Source: an uncultured Planctomycetota bacterium (GTDB taxonomy: Bacteria; Planctomycetota; Planctomycetia; Isosphaerales; Isosphaeraceae). Taken from it: a stretch of 64,000 bases of DNA. Shown here in pieces: positions 11,642-21,391 of this stretch. The notes beneath the pieces are model-generated. The model saw only the letters and a list, made by a program, of their open reading frames with translations. It did no database searches and was not told the origin of the DNA. The DNA is taken from contig CAWGMQ010000011.1 of NCBI GenBank assembly GCA_963823665.1, forward strand, positions 864,001-928,000, given 5' to 3'. Positions within the stretch are counted from its first letter, which is position 1, and each line of letters begins with the position of its first letter. The position numbers and the translations under genes are program-made.

Positions 11642-12160
11642 ATGCGCGACAAGGCCGCGCTCGTGGCGGCTTTGATCAATGAAACAATTGAGACCACCAC
11701 CGTGACGATCATGTTTCACCAGGCGATCGCCGATCGCCTGGGAATGAACATCACGGACCACAAGTGTGCCGGCATCTTGATGCGAAGCGGGCCGGTCTCC
11801 GCCGGAGAGCTGGCCAGGCGCACCGGGCTCACGACCGGCGCAATCACCGGCGTGATCGATCGCCTGGAACGCTCCGGTTTTGCGCGGCGGGCGCGGGATC
11901 CAAACGATCGCCGGAAGGTGATGATCGAGCCGAAACTCAAGCAGATCGAGCGGAAGATCATTCCGCTCTTTGATTCGATGGGCCGTTCGGCTGCGCAATT
12001 GTTCGAGCGCTATAGCGTGGAGGAACTCACGTTGATTCTCGACTTCGCCGTCCGCTCGCGCCAGATGGCAGAGGACGAAGTACGCAAGGTGCGCAAAACG
12101 GCGGTGCCGGCGAAGCCAGGCAACGGCCGGCACGCGCCGCGGGCATCGATCAAGTCATGA
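11642..12160 (+). CDS. MarR family transcriptional regulator
   Basis: GMNITDHKC...SAGELARRTGLTTGAITGVIDRLERSGFARRARDPNDRRKV winged HTH. Confidence 0.93.
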   Translation: MRDKAALVAALINETIETTTVTIMFHQAIADRLGMNITDHKCAGILMRSGPVSAGELARRTGLTTGAITGVIDRLERSGFARRARDPNDRRKVMIEPKLKQIERKIIPLFDSMGRSAAQLFERYSVEELTLILDFAVRSRQMAEDEVRKVRKTAVPAKPGNGRHAPRASIKS

Positions 12161-13543
12161 GTTTTTCCGTGGGGCGGCCACGGGTCGCGGCGGGCGGGCG
12201 ATGCGCAATTGGGGCATATTCTTCTGAAGCGAGTTAATCGCCGCGTCGGTTGTCGCGCTCCCCTCGATGGTGAGGCGGTTGAGGCTCTTCATGCCGGCAA
12301 GATGTTTCAGGCCCGCGTCGGTCACCTGCGTCTTGCTGAGATCCAGCGTGGTCAGTAACGGTAGCTTGGTCAGGTATGCTAGCCCCGCGTCGGTCACGCC
12401 GCTCTCGCTTAAGTTCAAGGTCATGAGAGAAGAGAGTCCCGCGAGGTGCGCCAGCCCCGCTTCCTTCACCTGCGTGCCTGAAAGATCAAGTCTCGCCAGG
12501 GATTTCAAACCGGCCAGCTCGGCCAGTCCGGCATCCGTGATCCGTGTCTGGCCGAGGTCGAGCTGAGTCAAGCTCGTTAAGCCTCGTATGTGTTTCAGTC
12601 CGGCATCGGTAATCGGCGTCTTCCGGAGAAACAACGTATTCAGAGAGGAGAAACCGGCGATCGGGCCCAGTCCTGCATCCGTGACCGGCGTTCCCGCGAG
12701 ATAGAGGAACTTGAGGCCGGTCAAGTGCCGGATCGGTGCCAGGTCGTCGACACGCGTCCCTGGTATCCAGAGCTCATGCAATTTGGTCATGCCGCGCAGA
12801 TGTTCGAGGCCGGCCGACGTCACCCGAGCCCCGTTCATGCTCAGGTTCCTCATGTCAACCATGTCCCTGAAGTTGGCCACACCGGCGTCCGTAATCGCAT
12901 TTTGCGGCGAGCTTGACAGTTGCAGGTGCTGAAGCGCGGACAGGCCTTTGATGTGAACCAGGTCGGCGTCGGTTAGAACGGGTTTGCTCGTGAGGAGGAG
13001 TACTCGAAGATTGTTCAAGCCCTTGAAGTTCTCCAGACTGGCCCCAGTGAGCTTGCCTCCCCGGATCGGCGTGTCAAACGTCCGCAGCTCTGTCATCAAT
13101 CGGATTGATTTCATCCCGGCGTCGCTCACGGGGACATCCAACACGAAATGAACCGATCTGACGTCCTCGAGCTGGGCCACGCGCACCATCACCGCATCGG
13201 GGTCTTTGGCACCGACTGTGACCTGCCTTACCCGACCGAAGTAATCCGGCCCGAGGCGCTCAAAGAGCCACTTCGGCACGGGTGGTGCGTGCTTCGTCCT
13301 GGGGGGATAACTCGCTCGGTATTCGCCGTCAGGCCCAACGCGAGAGACCGGATCTTCCCAATCGTACCAGACTCTGCCGCCGCCCTGCACAATGGTTGCT
13401 ACGGCGTCGCGCTGAATGTGGGCACGCCGGACGACCCAGCCGAACCCACAGCCCAAGACGAGGACAATGACCATCAAGGTGCGCAGGCTCAGGCGCACCC
13501 GCGGTCGGCGCCACCAGCGGTTGGTCACGAGCGTCTCCGCCAT
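12155..13543 (-). CDS. Leucine-rich repeat protein with planctomycete N-terminal membrane anchor
   Basis: RPRVRLSLRTLMVIVLVLG anchor; many LxxLxLxxTxxTDAGLxxL repeats; GGAG SD before ATG 13543. Confidence 0.9.
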   Translation of the reverse strand: MAETLVTNRWWRRPRVRLSLRTLMVIVLVLGCGFGWVVRRAHIQRDAVATIVQGGGRVWYDWEDPVSRVGPDGEYRASYPPRTKHAPPVPKWLFERLGPDYFGRVRQVTVGAKDPDAVMVRVAQLEDVRSVHFVLDVPVSDAGMKSIRLMTELRTFDTPIRGGKLTGASLENFKGLNNLRVLLLTSKPVLTDADLVHIKGLSALQHLQLSSSPQNAITDAGVANFRDMVDMRNLSMNGARVTSAGLEHLRGMTKLHELWIPGTRVDDLAPIRHLTGLKFLYLAGTPVTDAGLGPIAGFSSLNTLFLRKTPITDAGLKHIRGLTSLTQLDLGQTRITDAGLAELAGLKSLARLDLSGTQVKEAGLAHLAGLSSLMTLNLSESGVTDAGLAYLTKLPLLTTLDLSKTQVTDAGLKHLAGMKSLNRLTIEGSATTDAAINSLQKNMPQLRIARPPRPVAAPRKNS

Positions 13544-13664
13544 CGCGGGAGTCTCCTGGCGCGCTAATCTCAAATCGCAAAACACAAACACTGGAAACAT
13601 TTAGTATATTCGACGGATCGGCGCTTTGTAGTGCGTGGTGCCGGCCTGAGGTTTCTCAACGGAA

Positions 13665-16600
13665 ATGCAGTCGATGCTGGTGAACACTCTCATCACGGAT
13701 TTGAGCAAAGTCTGCCGCGAGCATCTGCTCGACGAGAAATGGCTGCTCGCGCCATCGCTTCGCGCCGGCCACGAATGGCTTTCGGCCGTCGCACGGGCCG
13801 GCCAGCCCGTCGTCAACGCGCATGTTCAAACGATCATGAATCTCGCACTGAGTCTGGCGGCGCCGTACCTGGCTGACAAAAAGCAGACGCTGATCACGCG
13901 CCATCAAGGAACGCTGATCGTCGAACAAGTGATGCGGCGGCTGCAAAAGCCGGATGGATATCTCTGGAAGCTGCCGCCGAGCGAGCGCTTAGCTGCGGTG
14001 GTTTTCAACGCTTTAAGCGCGATCCGGCGTGCGGGGCTTAACTCCGCCGACTTGAACCCTGATTATTTTGAGGTTGCCGCCAAAGGTCTCGAGCTCACAG
14101 AAATCTCGAGTGCCTACATGGAAGCACTGCGCGACGGAGGGTGGATCGATCGAGCCGACGCGCTGGGTTTTGCGATTGAACGGCTGAGGACCGATGCCAA
14201 GGCGCTGGCTGAAACGGTACTGGTGCTTGTCCCCCAAGACGTCGATCTCACCGGCCTCGAACGTGAATTGCTTGATGCGATTCCAGCGCGCCAGGTGGTG
14301 CGTCTGTCAGTCGATCAGCCGGGCGCGGTATCGCAAGAGGAAGGCGAATCGCGCTCGGACCTTGGCATGCAGCGCTGGCTGCACGCGCCCGCTCTCGCGC
14401 CCGATCCCGTGAAGCATGAATCGGCGTTCATGTTCCGGGCCGTGGGCGAAGTGAACGAGGTTCGGGCTGTGCTCCGCCGTTGTCTGGCACAGCGCATTCC
14501 GCTCGATCAAGTTGAGCTGCTCTGCACCGACAAGGCCACATACCTTCCGCTCGTTTACGAAGTGTTTCCACGGTTGCAACAGGATGAGTCGAAAGTTGAC
14601 GATATTCCCGTAACATTTCAGGAGGGCCTTCCCGCGCGCCGATTCCGCCCCGGTCGCGCTCTTTTCGCTTGGCTCGCCTGGATGCGCGACGATTACCCCC
14701 AGCGCGCACTCGTCCAGATGATCCGCGAAGGCCTGTTAAAGCTACCGATCCGCGAAGGCGACATGCCGAGCTTTGCGCGTCTGGCCGGAACGCTCTCCAG
14801 CATGAAAATCGGATTCGGCCGCGAGCGCTATCTCGGGATCTTGGACGAGCACGCCGAAGCCGCGAGACTGAGATCGGCCGATCCCGAGAGCCTGCGCGAT
14901 GAAGACGGCGAGCTCGATAACAGGCGTCGAAATCTGGAAGCGCGATTGAACGAGCTCAAGATTCTTCGCGAGCTGATCGACAGGTTGCTGAAACTCTCGG
15001 CCCGCGCCGAGCGGTCCGGCGTCGTCATGCTGGAAAGCTCGCGTGAGTTTCTTGAGCAACACGCGCGTGAGGCCAGTCAGCTCGATAAGTACGCATCTCG
15101 TGGTCTTATCAAGCAGATCATGGCGCTCGAGCGAGCCCTTGATCCGGCGGCTGACGCGTCTCGCATTGATTTTCGCGCGTGGCTGACCTCGATCGCGGAT
15201 GATGTCTGGGTCGGGGGCGAGGGCCCTCGCCACGGTCGGTTGCATGTCGCAGACATACTTGCAGGGGGGCACAGCGGCCGTCCGCACACGTTCGTGATCG
15301 GCTTGGATGACGCGCGGTTTCCGGGCTCCGGGATGCAAGACCCAATATTACTGGATGACGAGCGCAAGAAGCTCTCGCCGGCGCTGCGCACGGCCGCGAG
15401 CCAACTGGCACGAAAGCTCGAACATGTCGCGCACCTGTTTGCCAGACTGCGCGGAAAGATCACGCTCTCGTATTCGTGTTACAGCCTCGCCGACGACCGC
15501 GAGACTTTTCCCAGCTCGACCGTGCTTTCTGCGTTCCGAACACTCTCTGGCCAGCGCGACGGCGACCACGCTGCTCTCAATCGCTGGCTTGGCCCTGCGA
15601 TCTCATTTGCACCTGAGGAAGCGGATCAAGCTCTGAACGAGGCCGAATGGTGGCTGTGGCGCGCTACCGGTGCGGAAGACTTGGCCGATCCCGAAGCCGT
15701 GGTCGGTTTGCGATATCCGCATCTCGCGCGAGGATATGCGCTCGCACGCGAGCGAAGCTCGGACCGCTTCACCGTCTTCGACGGCTTTATCGAAGCGCCG
15801 GGGCGTGAGCTCGATATGACAGCACCCGAAGGGCCGGCGGTCTCCGCGAGCAGGCTCGAAACACTCGGCGCCTGCCCGCTGCGGTATTTCTTCCGCTATG
15901 TCCTCGAGCTCGAGCCGCCCGACGAGCTCGTGATCGACCCGAACGCCTGGCTCGACCCGCTGGCGCGAGGCTCACTCTTGCACGAAGTCTTTGAGCGATT
16001 CCTGCGCAACCTGGTCAAGCGCGGATTCGTTCCCCAAGCAAGCCGCGATGAGGCAGAACTTCTCAACGTGCTGGAAGCTTTGATCGAACGCTACCGCGCC
16101 GAGATCCCGCCCCCGAGCGAAGCCGTCTTTCGCCGGGAGGTCGCTCAGCTTCGCCGCACCGCGCGGATCTTCCTGTATGAAGAAGAAGAATATTGTCGCG
16201 AAACGGGCAACCGGCCGCTGTTCATGGAGGTTTCGATCGGCATGAGATCAGCCGGCGTGGCCAGCAAGCTTGACGCGGGCGAGCCGGTCGAAATCAAGCT
16301 TCCCGATGGCCACACCCTCCGCGTACGCGGCCGCATCGACCGCATTGACCAGGTTGCTGGTAAAGACCCCAATGTCTTCGCAATCTGGGACTACAAAACC
16401 GGGGGCACGTGGAAATACACCCAGGAGCCGCGGCCGTTCTGGGCGGGGCGAGTGGTGCAGCACGCGCTCTACACCCTCGTGATGAGCGCCCGGCTCAAGG
16501 CCCTCTCGGGCGATTTTCCGGGCGGACGGGTCGACCGCTTCGGCTACTTCTTCCCCAGCGAGAAGGCCGGCGGCGAACGGATCGACTTCACGCCCGAGCA

Positions 16601-16817
16601 GCTTGAAGACGGCGGCCTTGTGCTCGCGAGGCTGGCGGCGATCGCATCCGGCGGCGCGTTCCTGGCGACCAATCAAGCGGACAATGACTGCGGTTTTTGT
16701 GATTATGCAGGCATTTGTGGTGATGTTGCCGGCGTGGCCCGTTCGAGCGATCGCAAGCTCAAGGCTGTCTCAAACGAAAAGCTGATACCCTACCTCGAGC
16801 TCCGCAGCAATGGCTAA
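13665..16817 (+). CDS. addB: AddB-like PD-(D/E)XK nuclease subunit with 4Fe-4S cysteines
   Basis: SASRLETLGACPLRYF, RGSLLHEVF, GRIDRID, WDYKTG and CGFCDYAGIC; overlaps the addA-like gene. Confidence 0.8.
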   Translation: MQSMLVNTLITDLSKVCREHLLDEKWLLAPSLRAGHEWLSAVARAGQPVVNAHVQTIMNLALSLAAPYLADKKQTLITRHQGTLIVEQVMRRLQKPDGYLWKLPPSERLAAVVFNALSAIRRAGLNSADLNPDYFEVAAKGLELTEISSAYMEALRDGGWIDRADALGFAIERLRTDAKALAETVLVLVPQDVDLTGLERELLDAIPARQVVRLSVDQPGAVSQEEGESRSDLGMQRWLHAPALAPDPVKHESAFMFRAVGEVNEVRAVLRRCLAQRIPLDQVELLCTDKATYLPLVYEVFPRLQQDESKVDDIPVTFQEGLPARRFRPGRALFAWLAWMRDDYPQRALVQMIREGLLKLPIREGDMPSFARLAGTLSSMKIGFGRERYLGILDEHAEAARLRSADPESLRDEDGELDNRRRNLEARLNELKILRELIDRLLKLSARAERSGVVMLESSREFLEQHAREASQLDKYASRGLIKQIMALERALDPAADASRIDFRAWLTSIADDVWVGGEGPRHGRLHVADILAGGHSGRPHTFVIGLDDARFPGSGMQDPILLDDERKKLSPALRTAASQLARKLEHVAHLFARLRGKITLSYSCYSLADDRETFPSSTVLSAFRTLSGQRDGDHAALNRWLGPAISFAPEEADQALNEAEWWLWRATGAEDLADPEAVVGLRYPHLARGYALARERSSDRFTVFDGFIEAPGRELDMTAPEGPAVSASRLETLGACPLRYFFRYVLELEPPDELVIDPNAWLDPLARGSLLHEVFERFLRNLVKRGFVPQASRDEAELLNVLEALIERYRAEIPPPSEAVFRREVAQLRRTARIFLYEEEEYCRETGNRPLFMEVSIGMRSAGVASKLDAGEPVEIKLPDGHTLRVRGRIDRIDQVAGKDPNVFAIWDYKTGGTWKYTQEPRPFWAGRVVQHALYTLVMSARLKALSGDFPGGRVDRFGYFFPSEKAGGERIDFTPEQLEDGGLVLARLAAIASGGAFLATNQADNDCGFCDYAGICGDVAGVARSSDRKLKAVSNEKLIPYLELRSNG

Positions 16818-19800
16818 ACGACCGTCAGCCCGTCAAGCCGAGCTACCCATCGGCGGCCCCGACTCGCCCCCGGACCAGGCTGAGCGCGATCTCATCGTCC
16901 AGGAGCTCGACCGCAATCTGCTGGTCGAGGCCGCCGCTGGCACCGGCAAGACGACTAGCCTGGTCGCCCGGATCGTCAACCTGATCAGGCGGGGTAAATG
17001 CCCGGTCGGCACCCTTGCCGCGGTGACCTTTACTCGCAAGGCCGCGGCCGAGCTGCGGGGGCGAGTGCAGGTTGAGCTCGAGAAAGCACTCCGCGGCGCG
17101 TCCGGAATCGAGAAAGACCGGCTGGATGATGCAGTCAAACATGCCGAGCGAGCATTTGTCGGCACGATCCACTCGTTTTGCGCGCGAATGCTGCGCGAGC
17201 GTCCGGTCGAGGCGGGGGTCGACTCTGACTTCGCGGAGCTTGACGAGGCGCAAGACGCTGAGCTTCGGCGGCTGGCCTGGTCAGAGCACATCGAGCGACT
17301 GATCACCGCCCGAGACCCGATTTTGAACGAACTCGAGGAGCTCGGCGTCGACATCGGTGAGCTGGGCTCGACGTTCGAGCGGTTCGCGGATTATCCGGAC
17401 GTGACGGAATGGCCTGCGCCCGAGGTAGCGATACCGGACCCGGCACCGCTCTTGGCCGCGCTGCGAAGTTACGTCGCGCACATCCGCTCGATCATGCCGT
17501 CGCTCCCGATTGAGGCTGGCAACGACCGGCTCATTCCCCAATACCGCCGTCTGGTTCGCGCGGTGCGTCAGACTGGTTTTGAAACGCCTGCCGATCTGGT
17601 GGCCGTGCTGGCGCCTTTCGTGAGCTCGTCGCGTGACGAGGCGTCAGAGCCGTCGGTCGTGCAAAAAATATGGCCGGGCGGAAAGGCGCAAGCCGAAACA
17701 GAGAAAGCACGATGGATCGCATTTGGCCAGCACCACGCCACACCCTATGTCCAGGCTTTGAGGCGAGCGCGATACCGCGTCGTTCTGCGCGCCGCTGGGC
17801 CGGCCGTTGTCGTGTACGATCGACTGCGGCGGGAGGGAGGTTGGCTCAATTTTCAGGATTTGCTGCTTGCGGCGGCGAGACTCCTGCGCGAAAGCGCCGC
17901 CATCCGGCAGTATTTTCGTAAGCGTTTCACGCATCTGTTGATCGACGAATTTCAGGACACGGATCCGATTCAGGCCGAAGTCATGCTGCTCTTGACGGCC
18001 GATGATCCAGGCGAAACGGACTGGCGCCGCTGCCGCCCTGTCCCGGGCTCGCTCTTTGTCGTCGGCGACCCCAAGCAGTCTATTTACCGATTTCGGCGTG
18101 CGGACATCGTCACTTACAACGAGGTGAAACGGATCATCGCCGCGAGCGGTGGAACAATCGTCTCGCTGACAGCGAATTTTCGCTCGGCTTCGTCGCTCGT
18201 TGAGTGGATCAATGAGAGCTTCAACAGGCGTTTCCCGCCAGCCGCCACACAGTTCGCACCGGTCTACTCTTCGCTCCACGTGGGCCGCCTCGACGAAAGG
18301 AACGGCGATCTTGCGGGGCTGTATATTCTCAAGGCCCCCGGCGGCAACAAGGAAGAGATCTTGGCGAATGAAGGCCAGATCGTGGCGCGGACGGTGCGCC
18401 ACGCACTCGATTCCGGCCGCAAAGTTCCGCGATCCGCGCGCAGCGCCACGAACCTGAAACTGCACAGCCGGGTGATTTCCTCATCGTTACTCGAAATACA
18501 TCAAGCTTGAGCCGCTACGCGGCCGCACTCGAGGCCCTGGGCATTCCTCATCAGGTAACCGGCGGCACGGCCTTGAATGAGCTTGCAGAACTGCCGCTCC
18601 TGTGCGCCTGTCTGAGAGCGCTCGTGCGCCCTGACGATCCCGTCGCACTGGTCGCCGTACTTCGAAGCGAGCTCTTCGGCGTGAGCGACAGCGCGCTCTA
18701 CGCGTTCAAGCGGGCTGGTGGTTCGTTCTCGTTCCGGCAGCCGATCCCGTCGAGTGGGATTTCTCCAGAGCATGCCGAGGCGATCGGCGAAGCGATGCAC
18801 CGACTCGACCGATACCTCGGCTGGCTCGATTTCTTGCCGGCCGTCACGGCCATCGAGCAAATCGCCGCCGATCTCGGACTGCCTGCGCGGGCGTGCGCAG
18901 TGCGCGGCGGGGATGTTCGCGCGGGGTGCCTTGCCAAGGTGATCGAGCTGTGTCGCAGCGTGCAGCATGAGCACGTTTCCCTCGTCGACATGGTGGATTA
19001 CCTCGAGCGGCTAATCACGGCCGATGAGAAGTACGACGGCATCTCGGTGCGGCAGCCCACGGCACCGGTAGTGCGGCTCATGAATCTGCACAAGGTCAAG
19101 GGCCTTGAGGCCCCCGTGGTGTTTCTTGCCGACCCAACGGGAAACTACGAACACCCGATCAGCTTGCACATCGATCGCTCCGGCGATCGCGTTCGCGGCT
19201 ACATGGCGGTCTATGGTCCACGACCGGAAACCGGTTTCTCGCAACCGCGTCTGATCGCCTGCCCCGTCGAATGGGCGCGATTCGAGGAAGCCGAGCGGGA
19301 CTTTCTAGAAGCCGAGAACGAGCGGTTGCTCTACGTAGCCGCCACTCGGTCCGGCACATGCCTGGTCGTCAGCGGCCGGGACAAACGGCCCGGTGACAAC
19401 CCCTGGCGCTCGCTCGTGGAAGACCTCGCGGCTGGGAAACAACACGAAGACCCCGGCCCGCAGCCCGCGCCGTCGCGCGACCAGATCAAGGTGGGCATTG
19501 CCGATGTGGAAGATGCGGTGAAACGGATAGACGAACGCTGGAGCGCGGTGCGGAAAGATACCTACCGGGTCGAAGCGGTCAAGGCCGCGGCCCTGGCTGC
19601 CACAAGCTCGCGTGCTGATTTACAACTCGGTGCGACAACGTCGGGCGCGAAGCCCGTCGACGTTGAGCCCGCCGAGCCCACCAGGCGGGCCGAGCTTGGC
19701 GTCGCCTGGGGCCAGGACATACACAAGCTGCTTGACGTGGCGATGCGCCGGCGCGACCGCGACCTTGAGAGCCTGGCGCGCTCGCTCGCCCAGGAGGGCG

Positions 19801-20195
19801 AGCTGGAGGAACACGATGAGGACTGGGTGCAACAACTCGTGAAGACCGCGCACAAGGTGCGGCAATCGGAAATCTGGAAGCGAGCTCTGGCAAGCGAGCG
19901 CATCTTTGCCGAGATTCCCTTCACGATGCTGGCCGAATCCGACGACGCTGCGGCGACTCGAGGCGTGCAAATCCTCAGGCGCGGAGCGATCGACCTGGCG
20001 TTCTTCGAAGGCGGCGGATGGGTGATCGTCGATTACAAGACCGATCGAGTGACCGAGAGCTCCGTCGGCGACAAGGTTGAATACTATCGTCCCCAGGTGC
20101 AAGGCTACGCCGAAGCATGGGCGAGCGTTGTCAACGAACCCGTGATTGAATCAGGTCTATATTTCACGTCGCTGGACCGCTACAGAAGGTTATGA
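16810..20195 (+). CDS. addA: AddA-like UvrD helicase-nuclease (frameshift near 18445)
   Basis: AAAGTGKT, TFTRKAA, DEFQDTD, VGDPKQSIYRFRRA, HKVKGLE and RLLYVAATR; C-terminal GAIDL...DYKTD nuclease. Confidence 0.85.
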
Positions 20196-20315
20196 CGGCT
20201 CGAGTCGCTCACTCATGACCGAATAGCTGCGAGGCAGCCGTTTGCGTGCTGGTGCACTTCTTCTGCACCAGTTTTCATATGCAAGTCTTGCCTCCGATCT
20301 TCTGATGCCGCTAGA

Positions 20316-20792
20316 GTGAGGCGCGTGAAGACAAACCTGCTCACCGCGCCACCGGCGCCCGACGTCTCCAACTGTTTCCGGCTCTTCTTGCAAGCCGAGC
20401 TGGGCCGGCGTTGCGCCAGGAATTCGCAGTATTCGCTGCGCTCTTTCGCCAAGTTCCTGGCCAAGTTCAGCCGATCCGCTGTGCATCATCTATCTCAGCA
20501 GGTTCGCCAGCTCATGCTCGGGGCGATGCGAAATGTGCCTGCGGGCCGTTTTGAATACAGCTCGACAACCCTCGCGGTCTCCACAAGCCGGCTGCCCGCC
20601 GTGCTCGAACAAATCACTCGGTTCCGTCGCGACTTGGTCGCCCTGCTGGGACACGATAATCCCCCCGACGACGTCTACCAGCTCGAAGTCAATTTCTTTC
20701 CGATCACGCGCCTTCAACATGAACGGGAGATTCCCGATGGGACAACCGGTGATGCGGTGGCAGATCTTGGCGAAGAATCCTGCCAAGGTTGA
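20316..20792 (+). CDS. TIGR02147/DUF4423-like protein, apparently internally shortened
   Basis: LQAELGRRCARNSQYSLRSFAKFL N-terminal motif and DVYQLEVNFFPIT C-terminal motif. Confidence 0.65.
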   Translation: MRRVKTNLLTAPPAPDVSNCFRLFLQAELGRRCARNSQYSLRSFAKFLAKFSRSAVHHLSQQVRQLMLGAMRNVPAGRFEYSSTTLAVSTSRLPAVLEQITRFRRDLVALLGHDNPPDDVYQLEVNFFPITRLQHEREIPDGTTGDAVADLGEESCQG

Positions 20793-21096
20793 GGAGTTCT
20801 ACACAAAGTTATTTTCGTGGGAGATCGATGCCAACAACGCGCTCGGTTACCGGATGGTCGACAGCGGCTCGGAGCGCGGCATCAACGGCGGCATCTGGCC
20901 GGCGCCGCCGCAGGGGCACAGCATGGTTAACCTGTATGTCGAAGTCGACGACGTCGAAGCCTATGTTGCCAAGGCGACGAAATTGGGCGCCACCGTCATC
21001 ATTCCTCGCCAGCAGCTCCCCGACGGCGACGAGATGGCTGTGATCCTCGATGTGGAAGGCATTCCCTTGGGGCTATTCAAGCCAGCGGCGGAGTGA
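20737..21096 (+). CDS. VOC/glyoxalase family protein
   Basis: MGQPVMRWQI...FYTKLFSW...GINGGI...NLYVEVDDVEAYVAKATKLGA...DVEGIPLGL; GGGAGA SD. Confidence 0.9.
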   Translation: MGQPVMRWQILAKNPAKVEEFYTKLFSWEIDANNALGYRMVDSGSERGINGGIWPAPPQGHSMVNLYVEVDDVEAYVAKATKLGATVIIPRQQLPDGDEMAVILDVEGIPLGLFKPAAE

Positions 21097-21124
21097 AAGA
21101 TGCGGGAGTCGCCCGGGTGCTTTC

Positions 21125-21328
21125 TCCAAGTTTTTTCGATCGTCACGCCATAACTTTAGTCACCACAGGAATTTACATCCGAAATCGACGGTGTTCCGAA
21201 TATTCCATCGTCACGCCCTAAATACCAGCCGGACAGCTCTTTACGACGATAAACCTCGGGGTTCCGATTATTCCATCGTCACACTTAACTCCAATGGTGG
21301 TAAGGATGTGACGCAAATCGGTGGTTTT
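21125..21328. repeat. Three degenerate tandem units of 68 bp
   Basis: ATCGTCAC at 21139, 21207 and 21275; units 2 and 3 share GTTCCGA(A/T)TATTCCATCGTCAC (21/22 nt). Confidence 0.75.
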
Positions 21329-21391
21329 GGATGCTAAGAAGTCCCGGCTCCGTTGTCGGCGGGTTGCACGCCGTCTTATTGGAAGCAGCGC

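Noticed and set aside
13665..20195. Cas4-like nuclease plus helicase as a novel defence system
   Set aside because: Gene order, sizes and motifs match ordinary AddAB recombination enzymes. The Fe-S nuclease domain is expected in AddB.
21125..21328. Bona fide CRISPR array
   Set aside because: Only three degenerate units, the 'spacers' share a common frame, and there is no cas gene. Kept as an unexplained repeat instead.
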